Assembly (NCBI GenBank): GCA_965235115.1
Contig: OZ249437.1
Coordinates: 18,786,001 to 18,850,000, forward strand
Length of the DNA: 64,000 nt
DNA from: Laetmonice hystrix
Taxonomy: Eukaryota
Reading direction: 5' to 3'
Within the stretch, counting starts at the first letter, position 1; every line of letters begins with the position of its first letter. Below, piece by piece: positions 11,015 to 24,502 of this stretch. The position numbers and the translations under genes were made by a program. The notes below the pieces were generated by a model. That model did not search any database. It was not told where the DNA came from and saw nothing but the letters and a program-made list of their open reading frames with translations.

Positions 11015-13850
11015 CCACCACCGACTTGCAGTGACCGATTGCAGCGGACTGGCAGTGCAAGAATGTTTCACTATGATATATCCAAACTATCCTCACTGAT
11101 CTCTTGGCATCGTCTCCCAGTGCCTGTCAGAATGCTCTAACATTATTCTTCATGATTAACTCAGGAAAATGTTTTACATGTCGCTTTCTCTTTGGCCGTC
11201 ATCTCTCAGACTAATCCCCTATCATCTCAGAGTGTGACGTGTTAGGATGCTCCGCCATTGATTTTTCATGCCCCACCATTTCTTTACAGATTTCTCTTCC
11301 CGTTTCTAGCTCTCCGATTGATCCACTTTTTCTCTCTCAGATTTTTCTTGCAATTTTTGTTCCGTATTTGTTGTTGTTTTATGTTTCTGTCAGATTATCT
11401 TATTTTTACATGTAAGCTTGCCCACCATCCCACCATTTCTCCCCATATTTTCCTCCATCAGCATCTTTCACACGGCGGCCTTATTCCAGTGTTTCTGTGT
11501 GTCCTGTCTCTCCAGTCCGTCCATCAGCACAGGTATGGACCTTAATTAGGTGGAGTGACTCCTTCAGAATAATAATGATTAAAAAAAACGGTTGTTGATC
11601 TCAGGTGGGACTGGGAAGCATGAGATTGACAAGTCTTGCTGTCGGTGATGAAGCTGATACTGGCGTTGCCATGGTAGCAGCAAGGAGCTGCACATCATTA
11701 CAACTATTCTACTCCCCAGGTGTGAGGCAGAAGTTCAACACCTGTAATTGTAAGGGAGCGTTTTCTTACCGAGCGAACAGATAAAGGAAGCAGATAGTAT
11801 CAGGTGGTAATCATCAGATTGAAGCTCTCGGTTACGAAAACTCGGTATATATCTGGACAAAAAACAAAAAAAAAACTGGTGTCTGGTAATTGTGTGGCCA
11901 CCTTGGCCCATGTACACCTAGGCGATCGTCCTTGCGATGGCCACATAATTTTTGATTTAATGTTGGAATTTCACTCTGTATTTTTTCCTGGATAGCTTTC
12001 CCTCTTTCTGGAAAAGGTTTCCATCCTTTAATCTCAAAATCACAGTACAATAATAAGTGATGTCAAAATGTTCTTTTCTCTAGGTTTCAGATACGGTTTT
12101 GTTTAACGTCTCTTCTTTCTCCTTAAAGATTCTGAACATTTGACAGCAATGAGAGTCGCCTTGGTGATCAGGGATTCTTATCTCCACCCTTGAATGGGAT
12201 CGGATAGCATTGCAGAGTTATCGCAGTGATACACATATATATATCTGTGTGGCACAAATGATTTCCAATACTACTTCAATCTCTGGCCTTCCCCAGTGCT
12301 CCACACCTGGGTGATGACAACTGTTGGTATGACCCAGGCGTGTCTGTGCGACAGGGCCCTTTGCTATCAGGGATTGCCTGCTGATGGTGGGTCTCCTGAA
12401 GTCGCACGTCATCCTATTATGGAGAACCCGTCAAGTTTGAGGGGTTTCTTCTCGCCCAGAATATGGCTGAAATACTGCCAACAGAGTGTGAACCTCGTAA
12501 CTCACTAGCCCCGTCACAGCAGGGAGATTAGGCAGCAGATGTCCTTTGTTCATCGAGCCCCCATTGTCACCATGGTTTACTTTTAAGACTTCAAGACTCA
12601 TTATTTGTTCTTGACTTGCAGAGTTTTCTTTATTGAATCAACACAACTGGCAAGAGTACTTGTCCATTATTAATAGGCATTTCCTGTGGAGAGTTATCTA
12701 AGTCCACATTGCAAAGTACGCCCTTGAAGTTTGATAGAATGGACGAGCTGAAGTTTGCAGACACTGACTGGCAATCCTTTCACTACCTATTCATGACGGT
12801 AACATGATGTTTATGGATTTCTTCCCAGGATTCCAGTCCTTTCTGGCATCAAGTCGCCACTAATCAGAAGGGTAGGATCACAGGAAGAATTGCACGGGAC
12901 AAGGATGCAATGCCTCACTGTCTGGGCCGCAGGGCCTGGTGGTGGACTAACGATGACTTGTCTCGGGAGGTCAACATCCATGACCTTGACATTAGAGACA
13001 TACACCGGCAGATGTCGCCAGCAGTTACTAGCTAATAACAGGGCCGATTTATCCCACGGAAGTCCTGGGCCCAGTATTTGAAAAATTCTCAACTTGAGTA
13101 AAGCTTACTTAAGTAAACTAACCGGCTTCTGATTGGCTGGTGGTGGCAATGCTACCAAGTGGGAACTCCCCATGCAGTTTGCCGAATTTATCACGTGTTG
13201 AGCTTCGCTTTACTCGGTCTTGGCGGTATTTTATTTTTTTACTAGATATGACAGTTGGTTTAGATCTACAATATTAAGACTCTGTTAAACACATAGTTTG
13301 GTTGTGATGTTGCGTGTTTACTCTATGTCACTGATTGATCGTGTTATAGGCTAGTGATCCTTTCTGATGGCAGTGGACAGATAACTGTCAGAAACCACTA
13401 CTGATCACTCATAGCGAGTGAGAGGTGACGTACTTATGGAATATGTATGTCTGGGGGCATGGAAGAATATGAATATATCATGAATATTATATATAAAAAA
13501 TGACGGATTTGTTTGGAGGGACGAGACACTTACCCCACGTGTCATGCTCCACGACAGTTTGGTGATGCTAGACTGTCAGAGCTTGGACAGTGGCGGTATG
13601 AACCATGTAATAATACCCAGCCAATCGTGCCGAGTCTTAGCAAGGGCAGACAACGACTTCCCTGGCCAAACACGCCACCAAATAACGTGCTTTGGGTACG
13701 GAGCTTTCAGGTTCAAAGGGTTTTGTGATTAGAGTCCTCCGTCCGGACTGAGGGTAGCAAGGTCTTCTGGCTTGGTCTTTCAGCTGCGCTATTTTATAGG
13801 CTGTTTGCTTTAATGTGTGTTAGGGTTCAGTCGTATAAATTGAATTCAAG

Positions 13851-16800
13851 CTCTCAGCTGTCAAGGTTTAGATGACCTTGGCCTGTTCTAAGGTTACGTC
13901 ATGACCTAGTGTTGGAGATCATTGACTGTCAGCTGTCAAGGTTTAGACGACCTTGGCCTGTTCTAGGGTTACGTCATGACCTAGTATTGGAGATCATTGA
14001 CTGTCAGCTCTCAAGGTTTAGACGACCTTGGCCTGTTCTAGGGTTACGTCATGACCTAGTGTAGGAGATCATTGACTGTCAGCTGTCAAGGTTTAGACGA
14101 CCTTGGCCTGTTTTAGGGTTACGTCATGACCTAGTGTTGGAGATCATTGACTGTCAGCTGTCAAGGTTTAGACGACCTTGGCCTGTTGTAGGGTTACGTC
14201 ATGACCTAGTGTAGATCATTGACTGTCAGCTGTCAAGGTTTAGACGACCTTGGCCTGTTCTAGGGTTACGTCATGACCTAGTGTAGGAGATCATTGACTG
14301 TCAGCTGTCAAGGTTTAGACGACCTTGGCCTGTTCTAGGGTTACGTCATGACCTAGTGTTGGAGATCATTGACTGTCAGCTGTCAAGGTTTAGACGACCT
14401 TGGCCTGTTGTAGGGTTACGTCATGACCTAGTGTAGATCATTGACTGTCAGCTGTCAAGGTTTAGACGACCTTGGCCTGTTCTAGGGTTACGTCATGAGC
14501 TAGTGTAGGAGATCATTGACTGTCAGCTCTCAAGGTTTAGACGACCTTGGCCTGTTCTAGGGTTACGTCATGACCTAGTGTTGGAGATCATTGACTGTCA
14601 GCTGTCAAGGTGTAGACGACCTTGGCCTGTTCTAGGGTTACGTCATGACCTAGTGTTGGAGATCATTGACTGTCAGCTGTCAAGGTTTAGACGACCATGG
14701 CCTGTTCTAGGGTTACGTCATGACCTAGTGTTGGAGATCAATGACTGTCAGCTGTCAAGGTTTAGACGACCTTGGCCTGTTCTAGGGTTACGTCATGACC
14801 TAGTGTAGGAGATCAATGACTGTCAGCTGTCAAGGTTTAGACGACCTTGGCCTGTTCTAGGGTTACGTCATGACCTAGTGTTGGAGATCATTGACTGTCA
14901 GCTGTCAAGGTTTAGACGATCTTGGCCTGTTCTAGGGTTACGTCATGACCTAGTGTTGGAGATCATTGACTGTCAGCTGTCAAGGTTTAGACGACCATGG
15001 CCTGTTCTAGGGTTACGTCATGACCTAGTGTTGGAGATCATTGACTGTCAGCTGTCAAGGTTTAGACGACCTTGGCCTGTTGTAGGGTTACGTCATGACC
15101 TAGTGTAGATCATTGACTGTCAGCTGTCAAGGTTTAGACGACCTTGGCCTGTTCTAGGGTTACGTCATGACCTAGTGTTGGAGATCATTGACTGTCAGCT
15201 GTCAAGGTTTAGACGACCTTGGCCTGTTCTAGGGTTACGTCATGACCTAGTGTTAGAGATCATTGACTGTCAGCTCTCAAGGTTTAGACGACCTTGGCCT
15301 GTTCTAGGGTTACGTCATGACCTAGTGTTGGAGATCATTGACTGTCAGCTGTCAAGGTTTAGACGACCTTGGCCTGTTCTAGGGTTACATCATGACCTAG
15401 TGTCGGAGATCATTGACTGTCAGCTGTCAAGGTTTAGACGGCTTGGCCTGTTCTAGGGTTACGTCATGACCTAGTGTAGATCATTGACTGTCAGCTGTCA
15501 AGGTTTAGACGACCTTGGCCTGTTCTAGGGTTACGTCATGACCTAGTGTAGGAGATCATTGACTGTCAGCTCTAAAGGTTTAGACGATCTTGGCCTGTTT
15601 TAGGGTTACGTCATGACCTAGTGTTGGAGATCATTGACTGTCAGCTGTCAAGGTTTAGACGACCTTGGCCTGTTCTAGGGTTACGTCATGACCTAGTGTT
15701 GGAGATCATTGACTGTCAGCTGTCAAGGTTTAGACGATCTTGGCCTGTTCTAGGGTTGCGTCATGACCTAGTGTTGGAGATCATTGACTGTCAGCTGTCA
15801 AGGTTTAGACGACCTTGGCCTGTTCTAGGGTTACGTCATGACCTAGTGTTGGAGATCATTGACTGTCAGCTGTCAAGGTTTAGACGACCTTGGCCTGTTG
15901 TAGGGTTACGTCATGACCTAGTGTAGATCATTGACTGTCAGCTGTCAAGGTTTAGACGACCTTGGCCTGTTCTAGGGTTACGTCATGACCTAGTGTTGGA
16001 GATCATTGACTGTCAGCTCTAAAGGTTTAGACGACCTTGGCCTGTTCTAGGGTTACGTCATGACCTAGTATCGGAGATCATTGACTGTCAGCTGTCAAGG
16101 TTTAGACGACCGTGGCCTGTTCTAGGGTTACGTCATGACCTAGTGTTAGAGATCATTGACTGTCAGCTCTCAAGGTTTAGACGACCTTGGCCTGTTCTAG
16201 GGTTACGTCATGACCTAGTGTTGGAGATCATTGACTGTCAGCTGTCAAGGTTTAGACGACCTTGGCCTGTTCTAGGGTTACATCATGACCTAGTGTCGGA
16301 GATCATTGACTGTCAGCTGTCAAGGTTTAGATGACCTTGGCCTGTTCTAGGGTTACGTCATGACCTAGTATCGGAGATCATTGACTGTCAGCTCTCAAGG
16401 TTTAGACGACCTTGGCCTGTTGTAGGGTTACGTCATGACCTAGTGTAGATCATTGACTGTCAGCTGTCAAGGTTTAGACGACCTTGGCCTGTTCTAGGGT
16501 TACGTCATGACCTAGTGTACGAGATCATTGACTGTCAGCTGTCAAGGTTTAGACGACCTTGGCCTGTTCTAGGGTTACGTCATGACCTAGTGTACGAGAT
16601 CATTGACTGTCAGCTGTCAAGGTTTAGACGACCTTGGCCTGTTCTAGGGTTACGTCATGACCTAGTGTACGAGATCATTGACTGTCAGCTGTCAAGGTTT
16701 AGACGACCTTGGCCTGTTCTAGGGTTACGTCATGACCTAGTGTACGAGATCATTGACTGTCAGCTGTCAAGGTTTAGACGACCTTGGCCTGTTCTAGGGT

Positions 16801-17020
16801 TACGTCATGACCTAGTGTTGGAGATCATTGACTGTCAGCACTCAAGGTTTAGACGACCTTGGCCTGTTCTAGGGTTACGTCATGACCTAGTGTACGAGAT
16901 CATTGACTGTAAGCTGTCAAGGTTTAGACGACCTTGGCCTGTTCTAGGGTTACGTCATGACCTAGTATCGGAGATCATTGACTGTCAGCTCTCAAGGTTT
17001 AGACGACCTTGGCCTGTTCC
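13851..17020. repeat. 75-bp minisatellite, about 42 copies (3.2 kb), with 72-bp deletion variants
   Basis: ttggagatcattgactgtcagctgtcaaggtttagacgaccttggcctgttctagggttacgtcatgacctagtg. Confidence 0.97.
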
Positions 17021-17311
17021 AGGGTGTTGTAAACAGACAGGAGCACCACAGAAGGGTTTTAGTTTCTTGTCATGCTGTCGTGACACTGGCAGCTAGGCAG
17101 GTACGAGTTTATTACTTAAACTACATTGGGCCAGCGTTCATGATCTACCGGTATACGACATGATAAGAGGCCGACTTGTTTACAGTATGGAGTATTTGGG
17201 ACTTATAAAAGATCTTTCTCAACAAGAGGATATGATGTCGTAAAAGATTACATGAGCGAGCGCCCGAGCTACACTGACCCAAAGATTCCATTTCAAGGTA
17301 AACAGGAGGGA

Positions 17312-17401
17312 GTTCCTCATCATGTCGTTAACTTGTCGTATCGTTAACTCCAATGTATTTTCAATGGGGATTTTACGACAGGATAACGATAGATGAGGAA
17401 C
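17312..17401. mobile_element. Short fold-back (MITE-like) palindrome
   Basis: gttcctcatcatgtcgttaacttgtcgta is an imperfect inverse of tacgacaggataacgatagatgaggaac. Confidence 0.5.
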
Positions 17402-17879
17402 GCACCCCAGAATCGTCAGAAAAGATCAAAACTGAGTGCAGAAAGCACCGTAATTGGAACTGGCTGGAGTTGATGTAGTAGCTACATTTATATCTGCTAA
17501 TGGTGACCGTAGACGCTGCCCGTTTTGTGTTTTTCGTTTGGTACAAGATGGCGTCATCCTTGATTTTGTAAAGTGGGGAGGAAAGAGGCAGTCAATGACA
17601 TACGACGTCCATTGTGAGGCCTTTTAATGGAAGAAACATGGTGCCATCATTAACGTCGCCAGGAAAAATATTCTGTTGAATTTGACAGCGATTTAAGAAT
17701 GGCAGTGCCGTTGGTGGCATGCAAAGATCATTGAATTGTCAGGAAAGACTCGTCAGTCGTCATTAACACAAGGGGTAGCATGACGATATTGGACATCCCA
17801 GCACCACTCCTGGGGGACAAAGGTACTCTTCCAAAATCAGATTACTTGTTATTGTATACGAATTTGAACCGGAAGAAAC

Positions 17880-18036
17880 GAGTAGTTGACAGAGAATAGG
17901 TCAAAGGACACTTGTCCCGTTGGGACCCAGGATAATAGGTCCCTTTTACTATTTAGTATTCTAACTCTGTTTTTGGCCCTGAAGATTGGCTTCGATGACG
18001 ACACAGAGTAAAACCACCATTACTCACTCACTCAAA
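17880..18036 (+). mobile_element. Possible SINE/LINE 3' end with terminal stem (actctgt/acagagt) and short (ACTC)n tail
   Basis: Stem-loop followed by ttactcactcactc. Family not identifiable. Confidence 0.3.
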
Positions 18037-18486
18037 ACACACTTGACGACAGGGAAGAAGTAGTAAAGAGATAGCATTGGGACGGCTGAGACCATGAGTA
18101 AAAGGACTCTAGTCAGAAGGTGGCCGGTAAACCTGCAACAATTTCTTGTTCATGCTACGCGGTTGGTTGTAAAAAGACCCAATGAAATGGACGTGGGAGT
18201 GGCGTGTGCGTGGGTTGGGCCGGTCCGGGTAAGGCAGGAAGGGGGTGGTGGTACAGAGCTTCTTACAGCTCGCTGTTACTGAGTGGGCGTCATGGTGTTG
18301 TTGTCGGCAAGAGAACTTGGTGACTTCAGAGTGAGTGCCCACCATCCATCCAGCCATCCATCCATCCATCATCCATCGGCCAGGTTTGGCTCGGGACTTG
18401 TAGTACACAGACTGTGGGGGTGTGGACAAATGAACTGCTTTGATGGTCGGCTCACACTTGTGTCTGCTACATTATGTCACCGGAGA

Positions 18487-18850
18487 TTAAATCAAGCCAA
18501 GGTGTGCCATGGTTACTTTGAGGGTTAGAGGGGATTCCAAACCTTACCCACATGGCTGGGTTTAAATCAAGCCAAGGTGTGCCATGGTTACTTTGAGGGT
18601 TAGAGGGGATTCCAAACCTTACCCTCATGGCTGGGTTTAAATCAAGCCAAGGTGTGCCATGGTTACTTTGAGGGTTAGAAGGGATTCCAAACCTTACCCA
18701 CATGGCTGGGTTTAAATCAAGCCAAGGTGTGCCATGGTTACTTTGAGGGTTAGAAGGGATTCCAAACCTTGCCCTCATGGCTGGGTTTAAATCAAGCCAA
18801 GGTGTGCCATGGTTACTTTGAGGGTTATACCTTATACCTCATGGCTGGGT
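18487..18850. repeat. 75-bp minisatellite, about 5 copies (unrelated to the array at 13851)
   Basis: ttaaatcaagccaaggtgtgccatggttactttgagggttag... Confidence 0.95.
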
Positions 18851-19620
18851 TCCAGCCGCCAGCCTCGTTTGGGATTGGATTTAGCAGGGTGGATTTCGGG
18901 AGGCCCTCGTTAATTTTTCTGAGATAACAGCTCAGATACAGCCAGAATAGACTGCAGACAGGATGTCGGAAGGTTTGTTGATCGTTATAAATTCATGATC
19001 CTCCCACAGGACAGACTACGTGTACCGGTACTGAACAGTAGAATTTCTCTGTTCTCACACACATTATTGGTGGAACTACTGGGTGTTATTGGTGCAGAGA
19101 GCACAAGGAATGACGAAAACCATATCAGAGAGTGTAGTATTTCACTCTCTGACCATATTTATTGGAGGTGGCTTATTGCCAGTATCGATGTTTGTGCATC
19201 CAGTGGGATCCGGAGGGTCTCAATCTGTAAACGTGATAGAATAAAACCTCTGTATTAGAAAGGAAATCAAGAACGATGTCATACTGTGGGCAAGAAAACT
19301 AAATGTGGTGGGCAAGTTTAAACCCGTGTACCTTGGGCAGGTGCAGCGTGAAGTAGTGAATGAGTTTAAACAGAAAAATGATAACAGTGCTCAGTGAACA
19401 TCTGAGGAGTATCTTACAAAGAGTAGAAACTAAAGCTATCAAGTTACACCTTCGTGCTGCGATCAGCCGTCTGAGTTCTCTGATATTCACGTCGCAGGAG
19501 GTCTCTGGTGGTCGTATCAGATTCAGGCAGTCTGCAGTAACAAAGGGGATGGATCATTAACAGTGAAACATTAAGGATATTGGAGCTCTCATATCTGACC
19601 AAAAAACACGGTTTGTTCCC

Positions 19621-21068
19621 TCTGAGCTTACGACATGAGATGTGTGAGTCTAAGGCCTGCTCAGTGTTGCTGACTCCCCCTGAGCTTACAACATGAGATG
19701 TGTGAGTCTAAGGCCTGCTCAGTGTTGCTGACTCCCTCTGAGCTTACAACATGAGATGTGTGAGTCTAAGACCTGCTCAGTGTTGCTGACTCCCTCTGAG
19801 CTTACAACATGAGATGTGTGAGTCTAAGGCCTGCTCAGTGTTGCTGACTCCCTCTGAGCTTACAACATGAGATGTGTGAGTCTAAGGCCTGCTCAGTGTT
19901 GCTGACTCCCTCCGAGCTTACAACATGAGATGTGTGAGTCTAAGGCCTGCTCAGTGTTGCTGACTCCCCCTGAGCTTACAACATGAGATGTGTGAGTCTA
20001 AGGCCTGCTCAGTGTTGCTGACTCCCTCTGAGCTTACAACATGAGATGTGTGAGTCTAAGGCCTGCTCAGTGTTGCTGACTCCCTCTGAGCTTACAACAT
20101 GAGATGTGTGAGTCTAAGGCCTTCTCAGTGTTGCTGACTCCCTCCGAGCTTACAACATGAGATGTGTGAGTCTAAGGCCTGCTCAGTGTTGCTGACTCCC
20201 TCCGAGCTTACAACATGAGATGTGTGAGTCTAAGGCCTGCTCAGTGTTGCTGACTCCCCCTGAGCTTACAACATGAGATGTGTGAGTCTAAGGCCTGCTC
20301 AGTGTTGCTGACTCCCCCTGAGCTTACAACATGAGATGTGTGAGTCTAAGGCCTGCTCAGTGTTGCTGACTCCCTCTGAGCTTACAACATGAGATGTGTG
20401 AGTCTAAGGCCTGCTCAGTGTTGCTGACTAACTCTGAGCTTACAACATGAGATGTGTGAGTCTAAGGCCTGCTCAGTGTTGCTGACTAACTCTGAGCTTA
20501 CAACATGAGATGTGTGAGTCTAAGGCCTGCTCAGTGTTGCTGACTCCCCCTGAGCTTACAACATGAGATGTGTGAGTCTAAGGCCTGTTCAGTGTTGCTG
20601 ACTAACTCTGAGCTTACAACATGAGATGTGTGAGTCTAAGGCCTGCTCAGTGTTGCTGACTAACTCTGAGCTTACGACATGAGATGTGTGAGTCTAAGGC
20701 CTGCTCAGTGTTGCTGACTCCCCCTGAGCTTACAACATGAGATGTGTGAGTCTAAGGCCTGCTCAGTGTTACTGACTCCCCCTGAGCTTACAACATGAGA
20801 TGTGTGAGTCTAAGGCCTGCTCAGTGTTGCTGACTCCCTCTGAGCTTACAACATGAGATGTGTGAGTCTAAGGCCTGCTCAGTGTTGCTGACTAACTCTG
20901 AGCTTACAACATGAGAAGTGTGAGTCGGAGGCCTGCTCAGTGTTGCTGACTCCCTCTGAGCTTACAACATGAGATGTGTGAGTCTAAGGCCTGCTTAGTG
21001 TTGCTGACTCCCTCTGAGCTTACAACATGAGATGTGTGAGTCTAAGGCCTGCTCAGTGTTGCTGACTT
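19621..21068. repeat. 58-bp minisatellite, about 25 copies
   Basis: tgagcttacaacatgagatgtgtgagtctaaggcctgctcagtgttgctgactccctc. Confidence 0.97.
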
Positions 21069-21582
21069 TGTAAATAATAGAACGGGTTCTTGGTGCAGAT
21101 AGTAAACTAGGAGGACTTTAAACCTTCCGTTAGACGAGGATGATTAGAAGACGCTACTTTAGCCTTTTGATGTGTCCAGGCTCGTACACGCAATGAAAAT
21201 CGTGAAAATTCACGAGATATCAAAGTGACAAAATCTAAGTCTGAAATTCCTAGAGAAATTGAAAAATCGTGCAAAAGTCATGTAACGGTCATGTAATGGT
21301 AAGCAATTTTTGAAATTAATTTTTGTTTACATTGCTTTTCAACCTGGAGACAACTTGGTGACCTTGGTGAGTTTCCAATGGTCCAGATCGATGTCATGGA
21401 AACGTGCTGGTAAAGTGGCCCGGTGACTCGAGGGCAACACGTTCAGATGGATGGCAACCTTTGATCAAACACCAATGTTGTAATGAACGGATACAAGGAC
21501 GTTTATTTTTAATAGATATAGCTGTGATGCAGTGATGAAGGTTGTATGCAGTATGAGGTTGGATCTGACGAGGCCATGATAA

Positions 21583-22215
21583 ACCATGCAGTGTAATATA
21601 CCATGCAGTGAGGCAGAATGCAGTGTAGTATACCATACAGTGAGGCAGAATGCAGTGTAGTATACCATGCAGTGAGGCAGAATGCAGTGTAGTATACCAT
21701 GCAGTGAGGCAGAATGCAGTGTAGAAGTATACCATGCAGTGAGGCAAAATGCAGTGTAGTATACCATGCAGTGAGGCAGAATGCAGTGTAGCATACCATG
21801 CAGTGAGGCAGAATGCAGTGTAGCATACCATGCAGTGAGGCAGAATGCAGTGTAGCATACCATGCAATGAGGCAGAATGCAGTGAAGAAGTCATGCAGTG
21901 AGGCAGAATGCAGTGTAGTATACCATGCAGTGAGGCAGAATGCAGTGTAGTATACCATGCAGTGAGGCAGAATGCAGTGTAATATACCATGCAGTGAGGC
22001 AGAATGCAGTGTAGCATACCATGCAGTGAGGCAGAATGCAGTGTAGCATACCATGCAGTGAGGCAGTGAATGCAGTGTAGCATACCATGCAGTGAGGCAG
22101 AATGCAGTGTAGCATACCATGCCAGGAGGCAGAATGCAGTGTAGCATACCATGCAGTGAGGCAGAATGCAGTGTAGCATACCATGCAGTGAGGCAGTGAA
22201 TGCAGTGAAGAAGTC
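21583..22215. repeat. 32-bp minisatellite, about 19 copies
   Basis: accatgcagtgaggcagaatgcagtgtagcat. Confidence 0.95.
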
Positions 22216-23704
22216 GTGCCTGTTTGAGGTGGACAAGGGTGACTCGGTATGAGAAGGTCACAAGGTTTAACGACTGACGTCATCAACGAGTCGGGATTCG
22301 TTGATGAATTATAATCCCTCCAAGGACACACAGACGGATAGAGATGCGGAAATTAAGCCTGGTTCTGCAGGATTCGGTGTTGATCGAGTGGGGGTGGGGG
22401 TGGTGGGGTGGGTGGGGTTCATTAACATTCAGCTATGGTTCCTTGGCTTACAGTATTGAAACGACATTGCACAAGGCTTTGCGTACACATGAAACCGTCT
22501 GCGACGTGACGATGTCAGGTAGCAGGTTTTACGAATCCCCTGGCTAAGAATAGCTAGAGTAGTTTTCTCTCTAAAGGCCTGATGTAACATATGAGGATCA
22601 ATAATAGCAGCCATTGAGTCCTTTGATACTGAGAATCGGTTCCTGCTATTCAAAATCTATTCGAGGAACCAGGCTTTAGTTAGAGTGAACAAGCTGGTAC
22701 ACAGCTGGTATATCCATTATACAAACAAAGTCGTGCCTTTTCCTGTTTGTCTGTATGAATGGTGATAATAGACTTGCTAGTAATAGATAACTATTTGCAC
22801 TCTGACCTAATGCCGACCCGCATATCAATTACCCTAATGTTTTATCCTAATTCTCCACGGTTGCCCTGCCGACGGCAGTGGACGCTCTGTCTTATATCTG
22901 TAATATCACCAGGCGCCTTTAAAGTAGCAGTGTTTCCCGGCATTCCCGAGTTCTACGGCAATAATTGAGTATCCTGGTATTGGCAGCAGTCCATTTCTGG
23001 TGGATGTTATTAGTCTGGCTAATGGTACCCATGTTGAGGGCCTTCTATTAATGGCATGCACACTCGGTGTTGGCAGATGGCTATATTTAGCCTGCTGGTA
23101 GGTGCTGTTATGTGTCCAGAGGCATCCATCAAAGGCCAGGGGTAGGTAGGCAGGCAGTGGTGGTAATCCTGTGACACGGTGAGGGTGGCTGTCTGCTCCC
23201 CGCCCCCTCACCTTGAACTAGGCAGAATGACCCTTAGGTTGATCATTAGGGTAGCACTGCAGTACAAAATGTCCTTGAATGGAAACAACAGGACGTAACG
23301 GTTGGTAAAACATCAAACACACCTTCCAAACACACCCTCACCTCCGGACAATGTTTGAGTGGGCCGTCCATCAAGATCACACCCCATACGTTGTGGACCT
23401 GTACATGAGGTCTGTCAGGGGTGTGAGGTAACACTACAATAATGAGGCTCCCTTGATTATGTGCAGTCAGTCTGACACCTCGGGCTCGTTTAACTGAGAT
23501 TGTAGGAGCTCCTATATGGCCTTATAGCTCGTAAACAAGAAAGACACACGTACACATTTTGCTGTTATGATAGAGAAAATACGAGCTGGTAAAATATGAG
23601 TGTTTAGTGAAATGGTCCCCTGAATGATTGTGGCTATTGACTCTCTGGTTACCATGTATCACCACTTATTGACTCATTCGTTATCTGTATAAAATGATTC
23701 GGAC

Positions 23705-24500
23705 TGTTGACTTGTTCATTTCCGTGTATTTCAGGTTATTGACTCATTTGTTACATTACCTGATTCGGGCTGTTCACACTTGTTTGTTATGTTGTCAAGT
23801 TATTGACATGTTCGTTACTTTGTGTTGTCAGGTTATTGACGAGTTGTTCATTACTTTATGTGTTAAGTTATTGACATTTGCGTTACTTTATGCGTTGGTT
23901 ATTGACGTGTTCGTTACTTTGTGTCATCAGGTTATTGACTTGTTCGTTACTTTAGGTGTTGTAAGGTTATAGACATGTTTGTTACTTTATGTGTTAAGTT
24001 ATTGACATTTTCGTTACTTTAGGTGTTGTAAGGTTATAGACATGTTTGTTACTTTATGTGTTAAGGTATTGACATGTTCGTTACTTTATGTGTTGGTTAT
24101 TGACGTGTTCGTTACTTTGTGTCATCCGGTTATTGACTTGTTCGTACTTTATGCGGTGTAAGGTTATTGATATAGGCCTATGTTCATTACTTTGTGTTAA
24201 GTTATTGACATGTTCGTTACTTTATGTGTTGGTTATTGACGTGTTCGTTACTTTGTGTCATCCGGTTATTGACTTGTTCGTTACTTTATGTGGTGTAAGG
24301 TTATTGATATAGGCCTATGTTCATTACTTTATGTGTTAAGTTATTGACATGTTCATTACTTTATGTGTTAGCTTTTTGACACGTTCATTACTTTATGTGT
24401 TAGGTTATTGACATGTTCATTACTTTGTGTTAGTTTATTGACGTGTTTGTTACTTTATGTGTCATCAGGTTATTGACTTGTTCATTACTTTATGTGTTCC
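23705..24500. repeat. Degenerate about 30-bp T-rich minisatellite running into the RAB3 last-exon acceptor
   Basis: ttattgacatgttcgttactttatgtgtta variants, with an about 120-bp internal duplication. Confidence 0.9.
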
Positions 24501-24502
24501 AG

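Noticed and set aside
12270-13100. Plus-strand frame with FLY*INTTGKST (P-loop-like if TGA were GGA)
   Set aside because: About 8 stops in about 270 codons is not clearly below random expectation, and there is no Walker B or other supporting motif.
13851-21068. Regular arrays as possible CRISPR loci
   Set aside because: There are no unique spacers between units, no cas genes, and the context is a eukaryotic intron.
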